From: an uncultured virus (IMG/VR IMGVR_UViG_3300028883_000045)
Taxonomy: Duplodnaviria; Heunggongvirae; Uroviricota; Caudoviricetes
DNA: 64,000 nt
Virus record (IMG/VR): IMGVR_UViG_3300028883_000045
Reading direction: 5' to 3' (one strand)
Made by a program: the position numbers and the translations under genes. The notes below the pieces were generated by a model that was given only the letters and a program-made list of their open reading frames with translations, searched no databases and was not told the origin of the DNA. Positions 38,116-48,600 of this stretch are shown one piece after another; within the stretch, counting starts at the first letter, position 1, and each line of letters starts with the position of its first letter.

Positions 38116-38145
38116 TCGTAACTGTATATATATAATCAGTTACGA
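38116..38145. promoter_or_regulatory. Palindrome in the AT-rich region upstream of the recombinase
   Basis: TCGTAACTG-TATATATATAAT-CAGTTACGA. Confidence 0.5.
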
Positions 38146-38209
38146 ATTTCCTGTTGACAATTACAATTCTCTGAAAGGATCTGGCCCTCCGAATGCGTCT
38201 TTTGCGGGG

Positions 38210-38560
38210 CTACTCGAGCAATCCGCGCAGCGCGTGAACTACGCCGATGAACAGCGCGTCCTTGGCCTTCTGTTCGGCCGGCAATTCGTCGTAAGGAACG
38301 AAGCACGGATGTTCCTTCTTCTCGGCGTCCTTGACCGGGCCGTACTTCCATCCAGTCGCTTGCTTTTCCTTCAGCCATTCATCGTGGCTGTGGCTGGGCC
38401 CGGCTTCGGGATTGTCCAGGTGAAACCGCACACCGTTGACGGCGCTGGTTCGCTGCCACTCCGGAGCTTCGGCCCACGGCGGCTGGGTGTTGTCCCCGAG
38501 CGTCGCGCAGTAGGCGCGATTCGTTTCGTGACACACTTCCGCGATTTGTTCAATCTGCAT
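38210..38560 (-). CDS. RyR-domain phage protein
   Basis: H..W...K...GWKYGPVKD...KEHPC.VPYDELP..QK.KD. Confidence 0.8.
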   Translation of the reverse strand: MQIEQIAEVCHETNRAYCATLGDNTQPPWAEAPEWQRTSAVNGVRFHLDNPEAGPSHSHDEWLKEKQATGWKYGPVKDAEKKEHPCFVPYDELPAEQKAKDALFIGVVHALRGLLE

Positions 38561-38909
38561 CTGGCTGGTCTCCTTGCCCTACCGGGCTCAAGTCCTCTGA
38601 ATGCGTCTTTGGTTCGGCAAACTCGAAGAGCCGATTCACCCGGTCACCATCTGTCACGGTTACGGGGTTCAGCCCGATGAGACCGCCGCCGGCGTAGTTG
38701 CAGGGACCACCATTCTTCTTGCCGATGTCCTGGGTCGCGCCGGTCCAGCGCTCGACACACGAAAACGCCACTGCCCCCTGGGGTGCACCAGCTACCTTCC
38801 AGTCCATAACCGAAGCCACGTGGCCGCAGCTCGGGCAGACAAAGAGCCACGCTCGCTGGTCCTTGCCGAACCGGCGCTCTCCCTCTGCGATCCATTCTTC
38901 AGCTGTCAT
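38550..38909 (-). CDS. Conserved phage Cys-rich protein (VVA0879-like)
   Basis: FVCPSCGH...FSC...CNYAGGGL..LNPV. Confidence 0.55.
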   Translation of the reverse strand: MTAEEWIAEGERRFGKDQRAWLFVCPSCGHVASVMDWKVAGAPQGAVAFSCVERWTGATQDIGKKNGGPCNYAGGGLIGLNPVTVTDGDRVNRLFEFAEPKTHSEDLSPVGQGDQPDAD

Positions 38910-39130
38910 TGGCCTGTATCGCCTTTATCCTGAATCTCATTCCACGGATTTACACCCGGCTTGGTAACAGCTCCGTTGTTCCGGATATCGGCCCACGACC
39001 AGGACTCAGCTCCATCGACATGCAGACTGAACTGGATCTCTCCCGGTGGCAATTCCGGATGCTCGGTCTCTCGCAGGATAGCCTGCACCTTGTCCGCTAT
39101 CTCGCGCTTCTGCCTTACGCTAAACATCAC
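38906..39130 (-). CDS. Hypothetical phage protein
   Basis: GGAGG RBS; ATGA overlap. Confidence 0.55.
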   Translation of the reverse strand: MMFSVRQKREIADKVQAILRETEHPELPPGEIQFSLHVDGAESWSWADIRNNGAVTKPGVNPWNEIQDKGDTGQ

Positions 39131-39151
39131 TCACCTCCGTAAACGTCTCAG

Positions 39152-40081
39152 TCATCGCTCATTCTCGTCGCCGCACGGCACCTTGAGGTATGCCAGTACG
39201 TCACGCAAGCCGAGTTTGTCCGCGCAGTAGGACCACAGCTTCGGGTGCGTTTTCTTCATGCGCTGAAAGCGGTTGGGTTCCTTCTCCAGGTGGACGCCGA
39301 ACATGCAAAACATGCAGCCGGTGCGCTTCACTCCGGTGTCGTAAATAGAACAATAGGGCAGGCTTCGCTCGCGTATGTATTGCCAGATGTCCTCTTCAAG
39401 CCACGCGGAAAGCGGCGCTGACTTAGCCTTGCCGGCGCTTATCACGTTACACCCGCCAGCTCTCACGTATTGGCGCTGCCTTTGGCTGCTGTCGGACGCC
39501 ATTGTTCCCATTATCGGAGAGCACCCAGTGCGCTTCACATAACCGCCTATCGGCCGCTTCTTCATGAAGTCGCAGCACTTAGCGGAGATTTTGAATGGAG
39601 CATCGACCAAGAACCTCCACTTGTACGGCAGCATCATCGACCGCAAAAACCGCCCATCAGCAGTCATACCCGTCATGCGCAGGTGCTTCGTGTTGGCGTT
39701 GCGACTGCCCTGCACACGCATATCCGACACATACCTCGATACGGCCTTGCTCACTACCGGGTAACCGTATTCCTCCAGCACCCGTCTGAAACTCATTTCT
39801 GGCTTCACCCACTCCACGTTGTCAAACGTCTTCACAAACGCCCGCACCTCAGGATACTCAAGCCCAGTGTCGGCAAACACCGCGGGAACGTCCGGGTAGC
39901 ACTGCCGAACCAAGTCCAGCAGCACCGTGCTATCTTTGCCCCCACTGAACGCTACATACACATCGCCGTTCATAGCGCCATAGAACTCCCGAATGCGGCG
40001 CTTGGCCATCATGACCTTCTGAGCCAGCGGCAGAGATTGGCGCTGCTTCAAGACGTGCGCACTCATCAACTGGCTCATCAC
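39152..40081 (-). CDS. PAPS reductase-family protein (phage type)
   Basis: FSGGKDSTVL PP-loop, DTGLEYPE, CC, RTGCMFC. Confidence 0.85.
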   Translation of the reverse strand: MMSQLMSAHVLKQRQSLPLAQKVMMAKRRIREFYGAMNGDVYVAFSGGKDSTVLLDLVRQCYPDVPAVFADTGLEYPEVRAFVKTFDNVEWVKPEMSFRRVLEEYGYPVVSKAVSRYVSDMRVQGSRNANTKHLRMTGMTADGRFLRSMMLPYKWRFLVDAPFKISAKCCDFMKKRPIGGYVKRTGCSPIMGTMASDSSQRQRQYVRAGGCNVISAGKAKSAPLSAWLEEDIWQYIRERSLPYCSIYDTGVKRTGCMFCMFGVHLEKEPNRFQRMKKTHPKLWSYCADKLGLRDVLAYLKVPCGDENER

Positions 40082-40223
40082 GTGACCCCCACCAACACGT
40101 AGCTGATCGCCGAGGACGCCACCGCCGTAACGATCACGTACGCGGGGGCGCGCCAGCGGTAATCATCCAGGTCGAGGCCCAGCGCCTCGGCCCTGGCGAG
40201 CATATCTTCGAACGTCTCAGTCG

Positions 40224-40508
40224 TCACTCTTCATCCTTCCCGGGGCTTTCCACCTTTCTCTGCGCCCTGAAGAGATCCGGCCCCCTGGGCGCCCCCTTGC
40301 ACGCTTCTTCTCTCCCGGCCGCGGTCACGGTGTAGATGTAGTCGGGAATCCAGTCTCGCTCCGTCCTGGTCATCAGCCCGGCGGCCACGAGCTCCTCGCA
40401 CAACGGGTAGTTGTCGCAACCCGGGCCGGTAACGAAGTGATTCCTGTAAAGCTTCGGCCAGCCCAAGGCGTGGCGCAGGATGGACAGGTGCTTCTCGGTT
40501 ATGGACAT
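40224..40508 (-). CDS. Conserved hypothetical phage protein
   Basis: LRHALG...YRNHFV...C..LV..GLM pattern. Confidence 0.55.
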   Translation of the reverse strand: MSITEKHLSILRHALGWPKLYRNHFVTGPGCDNYPLCEELVAAGLMTRTERDWIPDYIYTVTAAGREEACKGAPRGPDLFRAQRKVESPGKDEE

Positions 40509-41797
40509 GGGTCACCGCCCTTCTGCTGCAGCTTCGGCGTCAGCTTGTAGGCGCCGCACGCGGGACAATTGGGTGTTCCTGTCATGAAGCGGTCTGGAAT
40601 TTTAAGGATCCCCGCTGCGTAGCTGCGCACCACCTCCACCTCCGGCGCGTCCTGCTGCCATGCCTCGATGATGCATCTCACGTTGTTGCACAACTCCTGC
40701 CGCGTGCCTTCTTTGATCTCCTGCCAGACTGCATCTATGTCGAAGCCCGTAAAACCTGTCGCTAGCAGGTCCCTGAGCAGTCCCGCCTTCGCGGCCCGCT
40801 CCAATCTCTCGTCAATCGTCACACTGCACCTCCGCTGGCATGAATACGTGGTTGAACCCGGCATCCGTCATCGCGTAGACCGCACGCTCCGGACTGTGGA
40901 TGATCCAGTCGCCCCTGCAAACAAACTGCTGGGTAGTGTCGCCCACGCGCAGCCGGCCGTGCTCGTTAAAAGGCTTGCCGCATTGGGCGCAATCCGGGGC
41001 GCCGCCGATCACGCTGTATGTCTGCTGTTGAGTCCAGGGATAGATGTCGCCATTGTTCACCAATCGAACGTCATCAGTAGGCGCGCCTTCCCACCTTTCG
41101 GCACGAACGCGGAGCGGGCGGCGGTCGTATAGCTGGTCAGTTGTCATGCTTGCCTCCGTCCCGGCGATTGCGCCACGCCAGACTCCACGCGATGCTCGTA
41201 AGGGCGCAGCCTCCCGCCATGATGCCCTGTGTCAGCATCGTCTCGCTCAGCTGATGCTCCATGTTGATGCGAATTACCGCGCTGATCCAGTAGAGGACCA
41301 GAGTGCTGCCCGCCATGAACGCGAATAGCCTGGCGACCACCTAGTCCTCCCTCCGGTATAGCAGGCTCACCGCGTAATCGTGTACGGCCCAGGCAGCGAG
41401 GCGAGGGGGTACATTTACCGCGAGCCACGGCCAGATGCAGCTGTTCCCGAACCTCTTTCCGCCATAAGCAGGACAGGCTTCGCAATTGTAGCCCATGACT
41501 TCGCAGAGAGGGCACTGAGTATCGCTGCACTCTTGCTGCGGGTTCTTTGCCGTGGCGATCTTCGCCCAGCGCACGATTGTTGCTTCAATCGCTGCGCGCA
41601 CGATTTTTGTCACGAGTCACCGTCCTTCTCGCGCTCGCCCTCGGTCAGCCTGCGCAGTACCTCGTCACGCGCTGCGTCGTCCATGAAGCACAATACCACC
41701 ACGGCGTCTAGCGCAGCTTCTTCGCACTTGCCGCATGCGATGTCGCTCGCGTATTCCTCGGCGCGCTCGTACTCACGTCCGCATTTTCCGCAGATCA

Positions 41798-42616
41798 TCA
41801 CCCGCCGCCCTTCTCGGCCTGCAGTTCGGCATACCCCGTCGCGTCGATCTCCCGCCCGCACCGACAGCAGTATCGCGCGCCGTTCTCCGATGGGCCGCCG
41901 TCTGGAAACTCCCAGATTCCGCCGCATTCCGTTTCCCATGCGCCGTCGCGGTCTTCGGTCCACGCGCAGGTGGGCGGCTCGCCCTTCTCGGTTTCCCCTA
42001 GGGCCTCACGCCCGGCTTTCAGCGCACGGTCTACACTGCCATTCGGGGTCACAACATGCCCGTGGCTTTTGAGTTGCTCTGCGCAATGGTACAACTCTGT
42101 AACGCACCGCCTCAGCGCCTTCCGGTACCGCGCCAGCTCGGCTTTGGCAGCATTGCGCTCAGACATCAGCGCAGCCTTTAGCCCCTCTCCGCACTCATTC
42201 ACCGACAGCTTGCGTAGTCGGCCCAGCGGCAAATACCCAAAGCCGTTATCCTGACGACGCGGCGCACCCAGCCTGTCCAGTTCCTGGTGTACGGCTTCGT
42301 AGTCGCTCATCACATCTCGCTGGTGCTGCTCCAACCGACTGACCTTCGCCTTCAGTTCGGCGTACTCCTGGAAAGCCCTATGCTCAGACGGTAGCTGGCA
42401 CATCCATTCATCTAGTGCCAGCTCCTTGTTCTCAGCCCGCGCCTCGGCAAGCTGGACGTAGAGATCGCAGAGGTCGCGCAGCTCGTGCTTGTGAACCGGA
42501 CCGCAGAAGCGCCCTTCCCCGGGCGTCTCGTGCTGGTAGTCGTTCACGATCAGTGGCTCGCCGTCGGTCAGCAGTTTCCTGCCGCAGCAACACCTGGTGG
42601 CTTTCGTCATCGACAA
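41798..42616 (-). CDS. Coiled-coil plus Zn-finger phage protein
   Basis: Heptad repeats; C-terminal C.W...W.TECG...YC..CG. Confidence 0.55.
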   Translation of the reverse strand: MSMTKATRCCCGRKLLTDGEPLIVNDYQHETPGEGRFCGPVHKHELRDLCDLYVQLAEARAENKELALDEWMCQLPSEHRAFQEYAELKAKVSRLEQHQRDVMSDYEAVHQELDRLGAPRRQDNGFGYLPLGRLRKLSVNECGEGLKAALMSERNAAKAELARYRKALRRCVTELYHCAEQLKSHGHVVTPNGSVDRALKAGREALGETEKGEPPTCAWTEDRDGAWETECGGIWEFPDGGPSENGARYCCRCGREIDATGYAELQAEKGGG

Positions 42617-42665
42617 TACCTCCTTCTAAAGAACACCGTGAGGCCCCCGCTTCGAACGCGGGATA

Positions 42666-42962
42666 CTAGGACCTCTTGTTCTCCCTCCCCGGGGAGAGCC
42701 TCGCCCGGAGCTTCCGCCCAGGCCGGAAGGTCACGGTCTTGTGCCGCTTCACCTTCACCGGCTCGCCGGTCCGGGGATTAGTGGAGATCCGTGCCGCGCG
42801 CACGCGCACATCAAAGACCCCGAAGTTCCGCAGTTCGAGGTTGCCGCCCTCGACGATCGCGTTGGACATCTCTTCGAGTATGTCGTTGATCGTGCTCCGT
42901 ACCTGCTTCTGAGACACGTCCCACTTTATTGACAGGGCCCTGATGACGTCCATCTTTATCAT
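42666..42962 (-). CDS. HU/IHF-family DNA-binding protein
   Basis: LELRNFGVF.VR.RAAR...NPRTGE.V.V......FRPG..L. Confidence 0.9.
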   Translation of the reverse strand: MIKMDVIRALSIKWDVSQKQVRSTINDILEEMSNAIVEGGNLELRNFGVFDVRVRAARISTNPRTGEPVKVKRHKTVTFRPGRKLRARLSPGRENKRS

Positions 42963-43180
42963 GTGATTGGCTCCGAATGCGATTCCGACCGCGACCGCGA
43001 CCACGACCGCGACCGCGACCACGAGCACGGCCGCGACCACGACCGCGACCGCGACCGCGACCGCGACCGCAACAACGACCGCGACCGCAACAACGACCCC
43101 GACCACGACCGCGACCGCGACCGCGACCGCGACTGCGGCCACAAATTCACGTATCCCGTGTGCAGCATGCAAGCGTTCAT
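42959..43180 (-). CDS. Ser-Trp/Arg/Gly repeat peptide, copy D (MNACMLHTGY leader)
   Basis: ATGA overlaps at both ends; (SR/SW)n core. Confidence 0.7.
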   Translation of the reverse strand: MNACMLHTGYVNLWPQSRSRSRSRSWSGSLLRSRSLLRSRSRSRSRSWSRPCSWSRSRSWSRSRSESHSEPIT

Positions 43181-43747
43181 GAAATCTCGTCTTCCAGCCT
43201 GCAGATCCTGCCCTTGAAGAGACAGCCTACCGCCACTATGTGTGACATGACCTTCCCGCCGGACTCGGTCTTGAGCAGTCCGACCCGGTCCATCGAGAGG
43301 ATCACCTCCTTGCTGGCGCGAGTGAACGTCGCGTAGTTTTCCCGCAACGAGGCCAGCTTCCTCTGCTTCGGACTCATCACCGGTCCGCTCATTTGCCACC
43401 TCGCTTGACCGCCAGGTACCGGGAAGCCATCACCACGTATCCGCCCGCGGCCGCCTCCATGTCATTGTGCAGTTCGGAAATCTCCAGCTGCAAGTCACTG
43501 ATAATGCAGTTCTTACAGTGCTTTCCCCCCTGCTGGATGATATCCTCCTCCAGTGTTCCGCCGCATTTCGGGCAATGTGGCTCACTCAAAGAGCACCCCC
43601 TGACCTTTGCATTCCCGAAGCTTCGCCTCGAAGCACTTCAGCGGGCGGCACGTCGAACACGCTTCGTTCGGCCACGCCTTGTTGCAGAAATGCTTCTTTG
43701 GTTTCTGCAGGCACCGGTTGTAATGCCTGCACCCCCGACAGCAGTGC

Positions 43748-44017
43748 TTAGGTCTTCTCACGCCTGAGCCTCCTCATGGCCATGGCGTAGGTGTAATACT
43801 CCCCGTCGATCCTGATGATCGGCAGGGTCTGGCCATGCATGAAGTACGCGCTGGAGATCGCTATCGACCCGTCATTCTTCCAGCCCTCGTGATGCTCGAT
43901 GTACTGAGCGATTTCGTGCTTGGAGAACTCCAGGCCCAGCAGCTTCAGCTTGCCGGCGGCCGCCTCGCAAAGAGAACAGCCCGGCTTGCCGAAGAGGTCA
44001 ATCTTCGGACGGCTCAC
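43748..44017 (-). CDS. Glutaredoxin-like protein
   Basis: LFGKPGCSLC...TLPII.IDG. Confidence 0.65.
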   Translation of the reverse strand: MSRPKIDLFGKPGCSLCEAAAGKLKLLGLEFSKHEIAQYIEHHEGWKNDGSIAISSAYFMHGQTLPIIRIDGEYYTYAMAMRRLRREKT

Positions 44018-44312
44018 GTGCCGCCTCCGCGGCCAGCTTCTGCTGCAGCAGTTCGTTGTAGCACTGCTCGAGCATCTTCTTGCCGGACTCCTGGAGCGAC
44101 GCGTCCTCCTGCTGCATCGTCAGGCACAGGGCGCCGAGGTAGTCGATCTTGGTGCTCAGGCGCACGAACGCGGGGTTGCTGCCATCCGTCGGGAACCGGC
44201 GAACGTGTTTCTCGAAAACCCTTTTCAGTATCCCGACCTCGGTCATGCCCACGGGAACCTGCATGACCTCTAGGTGGTCGATGGTCGGAATCATGAATAG
44301 CTTTTCGTCCAT
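43998..44312 (-). CDS. Hypothetical protein
   Basis: GAGGAG RBS. Confidence 0.5.
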   Translation of the reverse strand: MDEKLFMIPTIDHLEVMQVPVGMTEVGILKRVFEKHVRRFPTDGSNPAFVRLSTKIDYLGALCLTMQQEDASLQESGKKMLEQCYNELLQQKLAAEAAREPSED

Positions 44313-44329
44313 GGCTTCTCCTCTCGGGG

Positions 44330-44782
44330 TTACAAGCTGAACCTTCTCGATGGTCCCCCGGACTCCGATTCCTTCCTGGGCACCCTGCGAGAACTTGGGA
44401 TTTTCAGGCTCCCGGCCGCCTTGCTCCTCTGCTCGTGCCAGAGCGCGTGCTTCTGTCGCCAGTCATCGTAGCCGGCGTCGTAGACCTCTTTGCGTTCCAG
44501 ATCGAGACACCCGGTCGGATCCCAGTTCTCCGGAATGACCCACAATCGGAACATGTGCTGAGTGTGGGCCCGCTCGGAAGCCCCCGGGAGCAAAACCCCC
44601 AGGAACTCCTCCTTGAACTCCAGGTTCGAGGCCCCTGCAACGTAAATCCTTAAATCCGTGTTGTTTGTGATGTTCGCGGAATGGATCTCCCCGAGCTCGA
44701 CGACCACCGGGCAGGGCAACCCCGAGGGCACATCGCCCGGGATCGTTACCTCCCCGCCCTGCAGTCGCCAGCGCTGACTCAC
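44330..44782 (-). CDS. Hypothetical protein
   Basis: GTGA overlap with the NeuB-like gene. Confidence 0.45.
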   Translation of the reverse strand: MSQRWRLQGGEVTIPGDVPSGLPCPVVVELGEIHSANITNNTDLRIYVAGASNLEFKEEFLGVLLPGASERAHTQHMFRLWVIPENWDPTGCLDLERKEVYDAGYDDWRQKHALWHEQRSKAAGSLKIPSSRRVPRKESESGGPSRRFSL

Positions 44783-45534
44783 GCGCGCACCTTCTCCGCA
44801 ACCTTCTCGAAGTCCTCCCGGCTGAGGGACCACGGGCCCCCGTCCGGACACTGCCCGCGGAGCTTCTCGTCGTAACAGAAGTGGGCTTCCCACGCGGTGA
44901 CCCCGCGTAACCTCAGCTTCTTTCCAAGATCCTTGCTCGCCTCGAGCCATTCGCGGCCCGGAACATGCGACGAGATCCCCACCTTCCCGGGCAGGCGCCG
45001 GACCATCTGGTCTACTCTGCTGGGATGGTACTTTCTCTTCGGCACCGGGTACTCGGGCACGCAGTACATCCAGGTGATGGGCTGCTTCCCGTAGTAATTC
45101 CCGACGCTCAGCGTCGCGTCCGGCGGGACCGACACGTAGAGCGGCAGATCGCAGGCATCGGATACCTGCCCAAAGGCCTCTGCCAGCTTCGCGTTCTGCC
45201 ACTCCTGACAGGCGGACTTGAGGAACGCCGGGAGCAGGGTCGACATGTGACCCCAAAGATCCAGCACGTGCTTCCAATGAAAGAAGCTTGCTCCGATGCG
45301 GTCGTCCTCGGTCACGCAGTCTATGACATCCTCCCACATCAAGTTCCATCCACTCAGATCCTGGGGCCGGACGTTTCTGCGCGTGGACAAGAGATGAGCG
45401 TCGAAACACTGGACCTTCACGAGGTCCGCCCCGCAGTCCAGCGCCGCCTTGCAGGCGTCCCGAAGCGACGTCGGGTCGTCGTATCGCCAACAGGTCCCGA
45501 TCTCCGCGATCACCGTAATCTCGCTACCGCCCAT
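44779..45534 (-). CDS. NeuB/PseI-like nonulosonate synthase (short, divergent)
   Basis: VIAEIG, GADLVKVQ, MYCV.EYP.P, VGISSH, EAHF; no C-terminal SAF domain. Confidence 0.7.
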   Translation of the reverse strand: MGGSEITVIAEIGTCWRYDDPTSLRDACKAALDCGADLVKVQCFDAHLLSTRRNVRPQDLSGWNLMWEDVIDCVTEDDRIGASFFHWKHVLDLWGHMSTLLPAFLKSACQEWQNAKLAEAFGQVSDACDLPLYVSVPPDATLSVGNYYGKQPITWMYCVPEYPVPKRKYHPSRVDQMVRRLPGKVGISSHVPGREWLEASKDLGKKLRLRGVTAWEAHFCYDEKLRGQCPDGGPWSLSREDFEKVAEKVRA

Positions 45535-46433
45535 ACCGTCCTCCCGATGTGGGTCCACCCGCTCATCCCACTGGTCCACCAGAACTCCTGAAGCTCCGCG
45601 CGGCGCTCGTTCAGTCGGGCGCGCGCCTTCTCGTCCCGAGAGTAGTCCTCCCCGTGCAGCCTGAAGAGTTCGACCGGGTAGGTGGTCCGCATGTAGCACA
45701 CCTGCAGGCCGCAGCGATTGAGCAGGTTCTCGAGGCTCTTGGGGTTGAAGTAGTTGATGTGGTCCGGAGTGCTGACCCACCAGTTCCTTTCGCCGGCACA
45801 CAGGAACGCCTGCTCCTGGATGGGGTTAAAGTCCCACGGAACTTCGACCAACAGGAACGTAGTACCCGTGTTGCGATAATCCCTCATGTACATCTTGCAC
45901 TTCGACAGAACGTCGAACGGGTTCCTGGCATGCTCGAGCACGAACCCCAGGTTGATCACGTCGAATTGCGCGCCCTCGTAGCAACTGCTCAGGCCATCAC
46001 GGCCGAACTCCTCCCACGAGGGGAAGATGTGAATGCGATCTTGGTGAACCGCCTGCTCCAGGCTGGGCTCGATGCCGACCACGTCGAACTCCGGGTGCAC
46101 CAGGCCCTTCTCGATGGCGTATCTCAGCCAGACCGGATCGCGACCGCACCCCACGTCCAGCAACTTGCGGTTCTGTGCAGTTCTGTTGCGACCCATGGTC
46201 ATCCACTGCTCGAAGTATACATTCTCCCAGTATTTATCGATAGTATGATGCTCTGCCGAGTAATCCGGCTTCTCGTCTCCGAAGTACTTCTCCTTGTAGT
46301 ATTCGGCCAGCTCCTCTTCGGTGGGCCGGGGATCGACGTGCGCAAACCCGCAAGAGATGCAGTTTGTGATCCGCGTCTCCCGCCCGCGAACACAGGTGCC
46401 CTCGAAGATCGACGGTCCGGTACAGATGCTCAT
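45510..46433 (-). CDS. Class I SAM methyltransferase with N-terminal Cys motif
   Basis: LLDVGCG, VLEH, LLVEVP, PDHINYF. Confidence 0.85.
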   Translation of the reverse strand: MSICTGPSIFEGTCVRGRETRITNCISCGFAHVDPRPTEEELAEYYKEKYFGDEKPDYSAEHHTIDKYWENVYFEQWMTMGRNRTAQNRKLLDVGCGRDPVWLRYAIEKGLVHPEFDVVGIEPSLEQAVHQDRIHIFPSWEEFGRDGLSSCYEGAQFDVINLGFVLEHARNPFDVLSKCKMYMRDYRNTGTTFLLVEVPWDFNPIQEQAFLCAGERNWWVSTPDHINYFNPKSLENLLNRCGLQVCYMRTTYPVELFRLHGEDYSRDEKARARLNERRAELQEFWWTSGMSGWTHIGRTVWAVARLR

Positions 46434-47395
46434 CTCTCAGGCTCCTTGAAGATGTATTCTATGTAACTGATCGCCCTCGTTCCCGTGGCGATGGGGTCTC
46501 CCGTCGGGTGCCGATCCTCGCCGAGAATCATGTTGGCCAGCCTCCTGACCGAGTCCAGGCCGGCACGGATGCTCAGCGGTGTCCCGCCTCCGAATCGCAG
46601 GTTGATATCCGTGAGCCACGCCTTGCCGTCGCCGTCAACAATGAACTGCATGTTGACCGGGCCGAAGAGGTCCAGCAGCGCATCGACCTCCATCAACGAC
46701 TCTATGACAGGCTCGGGCATCGGAACCACCTCGCCGCAGTCCATCTGCCCCTCGGACACGGAGATCCTCCGGCGGCAACAGGAGCTGACTCTCGATCCGC
46801 TTGCCGGGTAGAACAGGTCTACCGTGTACTCGCATCCACTGAGCCAGGGCTGAACGATCAGATCCGCATGTTCGATGGCCATGGCCCCCAGTTCGCGAGG
46901 GGTGTGTACCTTCTGAGCCACGCGCGAGCCCGCCCCCTGGCGCTCTTTCGCGAAGAGCGGAAAGTCATGGCCCAGGCTGGCCCACTCCGACACCGGAACG
47001 GTGCGCGGCGCCAGCCCCTGCAGCTGCTTGCTCATGAGCAGCTTGTCCCGGGCTATTCGTATCGTCCTCGCCGGACTCAGGATCAGCGGAACCCCCATCG
47101 TCTCGAACTGACCGCGCATCGCGTTCAGCCAGTCCATGTCGCCGTCGCGAACGGGGAGAACCGCGTCTATGGGAATGCGCCGGCACGTGTCGGTCATCCA
47201 GCCGACGTACTGCGAGAAGTCCATGCCTCGCGGTTGCTCGACGAACCGCCCCTGTGCAGCCAGACAGCAGGAAGCCGTGTGCGCCGGCGCGAACCCACAA
47301 GGGTAAACCCGAAAGCACTGCTCCAGCTGGCGCATGAGCGCCACCTTGCGGCCGGCGCTGGGCATCAGTAGTCGGGGGCGGTCGTCAGTATTCAC
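46430..47395 (-). CDS. ATP-grasp protein (glycan-cluster type)
   Basis: SAGRKV.L, DKL, FPLFAK...G.GS, EYTVD, D/EIN.RFGGG. Confidence 0.8.
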   Translation of the reverse strand: MNTDDRPRLLMPSAGRKVALMRQLEQCFRVYPCGFAPAHTASCCLAAQGRFVEQPRGMDFSQYVGWMTDTCRRIPIDAVLPVRDGDMDWLNAMRGQFETMGVPLILSPARTIRIARDKLLMSKQLQGLAPRTVPVSEWASLGHDFPLFAKERQGAGSRVAQKVHTPRELGAMAIEHADLIVQPWLSGCEYTVDLFYPASGSRVSSCCRRRISVSEGQMDCGEVVPMPEPVIESLMEVDALLDLFGPVNMQFIVDGDGKAWLTDINLRFGGGTPLSIRAGLDSVRRLANMILGEDRHPTGDPIATGTRAISYIEYIFKEPER

Positions 47396-48402
47396 GTCGT
47401 CACCTTCGCTACCAGCTTGTAGCCTTTGAGGGCGTTCAGGATCTCGCGCGGGAGAATGCAAGTTTCGCGCGGCGGGTCGGCAGAAAAAGGATCTCTCATG
47501 TCGATCCAGTTCTGCAGCTCCCGCGAGAAAGAGACAATGCTGTTGAACTCTATCCTGGCGCCGGGCAGCTCCCGGCGAATCGCGTACGACAGCGTCTCGG
47601 CGTTGAACATGCTGAGGTGCCCCATGCCGAACATGGGACAGGCCTCGTGCATCACCCTGGCGGCCAGCGCATCGATGTTGGGAACACAGATCAGCATCGT
47701 GCCGCCGGGCTTGAGGTGGGCGACCAGCCTTCGCATCAAGGACAGGGGCTCGAACACGTGCTCGAGGGTTTCCCAGCAGCAGACCAGATCGTATTCTCGA
47801 ACAGCGTTGTCAGGAACCCCGTTGGCGCCGAACGTCCCGAGCACCCTCTCTGCTGCTATCTTGCGAGCGTCGTCGTTGATTTCGACCCCGACAGTCTGTG
47901 ATGTATATATCGGGCCGCGCTTGGGGTCGGTTATTTCGGACGCGGCCTGGAGTAGGGTTCCCGTCGAACACCCCCAGTCCAGGATCCGGGAATTCTCTTC
48001 GGGCGTCTTGCCGATCCGCGGGGGCCAGCCCGCCCACTCCAGGGCCCACCGGAACTTGAGCTTGTCGATGTGCATTTCGATGCTGTTCTGTTGAGTATGC
48101 TGGACCCAGTCCTGAGGTGCGCCGCCCGACTTGTAGTACTCGTTCAAAGCCTTCTCGCTGGGGGGTTGCGGCTGATAGACCATCCCGCACGTCGAGCACT
48201 TTACGTACAACCACCCGTCGCGACTGCGAAAGAGCGAGCGAGCAGCGCGCTTGTCACACAGTGGACACGGCCGCGGGTTGGTCAGAACTGCGTTCTTGGA
48301 GGACGGACGATCTTTCGACCAGAGCTTGTTGCGCCCGGTAATCTCCGCGAAGGTCTTCGGGCCGAAGGTCCATCCGGCGTCGAACTCAAGCCTGCTTATC
48401 AT
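47392..48402 (-). CDS. Class I SAM methyltransferase with Zn-ribbon
   Basis: CPLC...CSTCG; ILDWGCSTG; TLEHV; LKPGG. Confidence 0.85.
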   Translation of the reverse strand: MISRLEFDAGWTFGPKTFAEITGRNKLWSKDRPSSKNAVLTNPRPCPLCDKRAARSLFRSRDGWLYVKCSTCGMVYQPQPPSEKALNEYYKSGGAPQDWVQHTQQNSIEMHIDKLKFRWALEWAGWPPRIGKTPEENSRILDWGCSTGTLLQAASEITDPKRGPIYTSQTVGVEINDDARKIAAERVLGTFGANGVPDNAVREYDLVCCWETLEHVFEPLSLMRRLVAHLKPGGTMLICVPNIDALAARVMHEACPMFGMGHLSMFNAETLSYAIRRELPGARIEFNSIVSFSRELQNWIDMRDPFSADPPRETCILPREILNALKGYKLVAKVTT

Positions 48403-48408
48403 TACCGA

Positions 48409-48600
48409 TTATCCTTTTTTTGGTTTGATTGATCGCGAGAGAAACCACGACCACGCCCCCGACCGCGACCGCGACCCCGACCGCGACCACGACTGCGACC
48501 ACGGCCATGACCCCGGCCTCGACAGCAACCATGACCGCGACTGCGACCACGACCACGAACGCGAATTCACGTACCCCGTGTGTAGCATGCAGGCGTTCAT
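48409..48600 (-). CDS. Ser-Trp/Arg/Gly repeat peptide, copy C
   Basis: MNACMLHTGYVNSRSWSWSQSRSW...; ATGA overlap. Confidence 0.7.
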   Translation of the reverse strand: MNACMLHTGYVNSRSWSWSQSRSWLLSRPGSWPWSQSWSRSGSRSRSGAWSWFLSRSIKPKKG

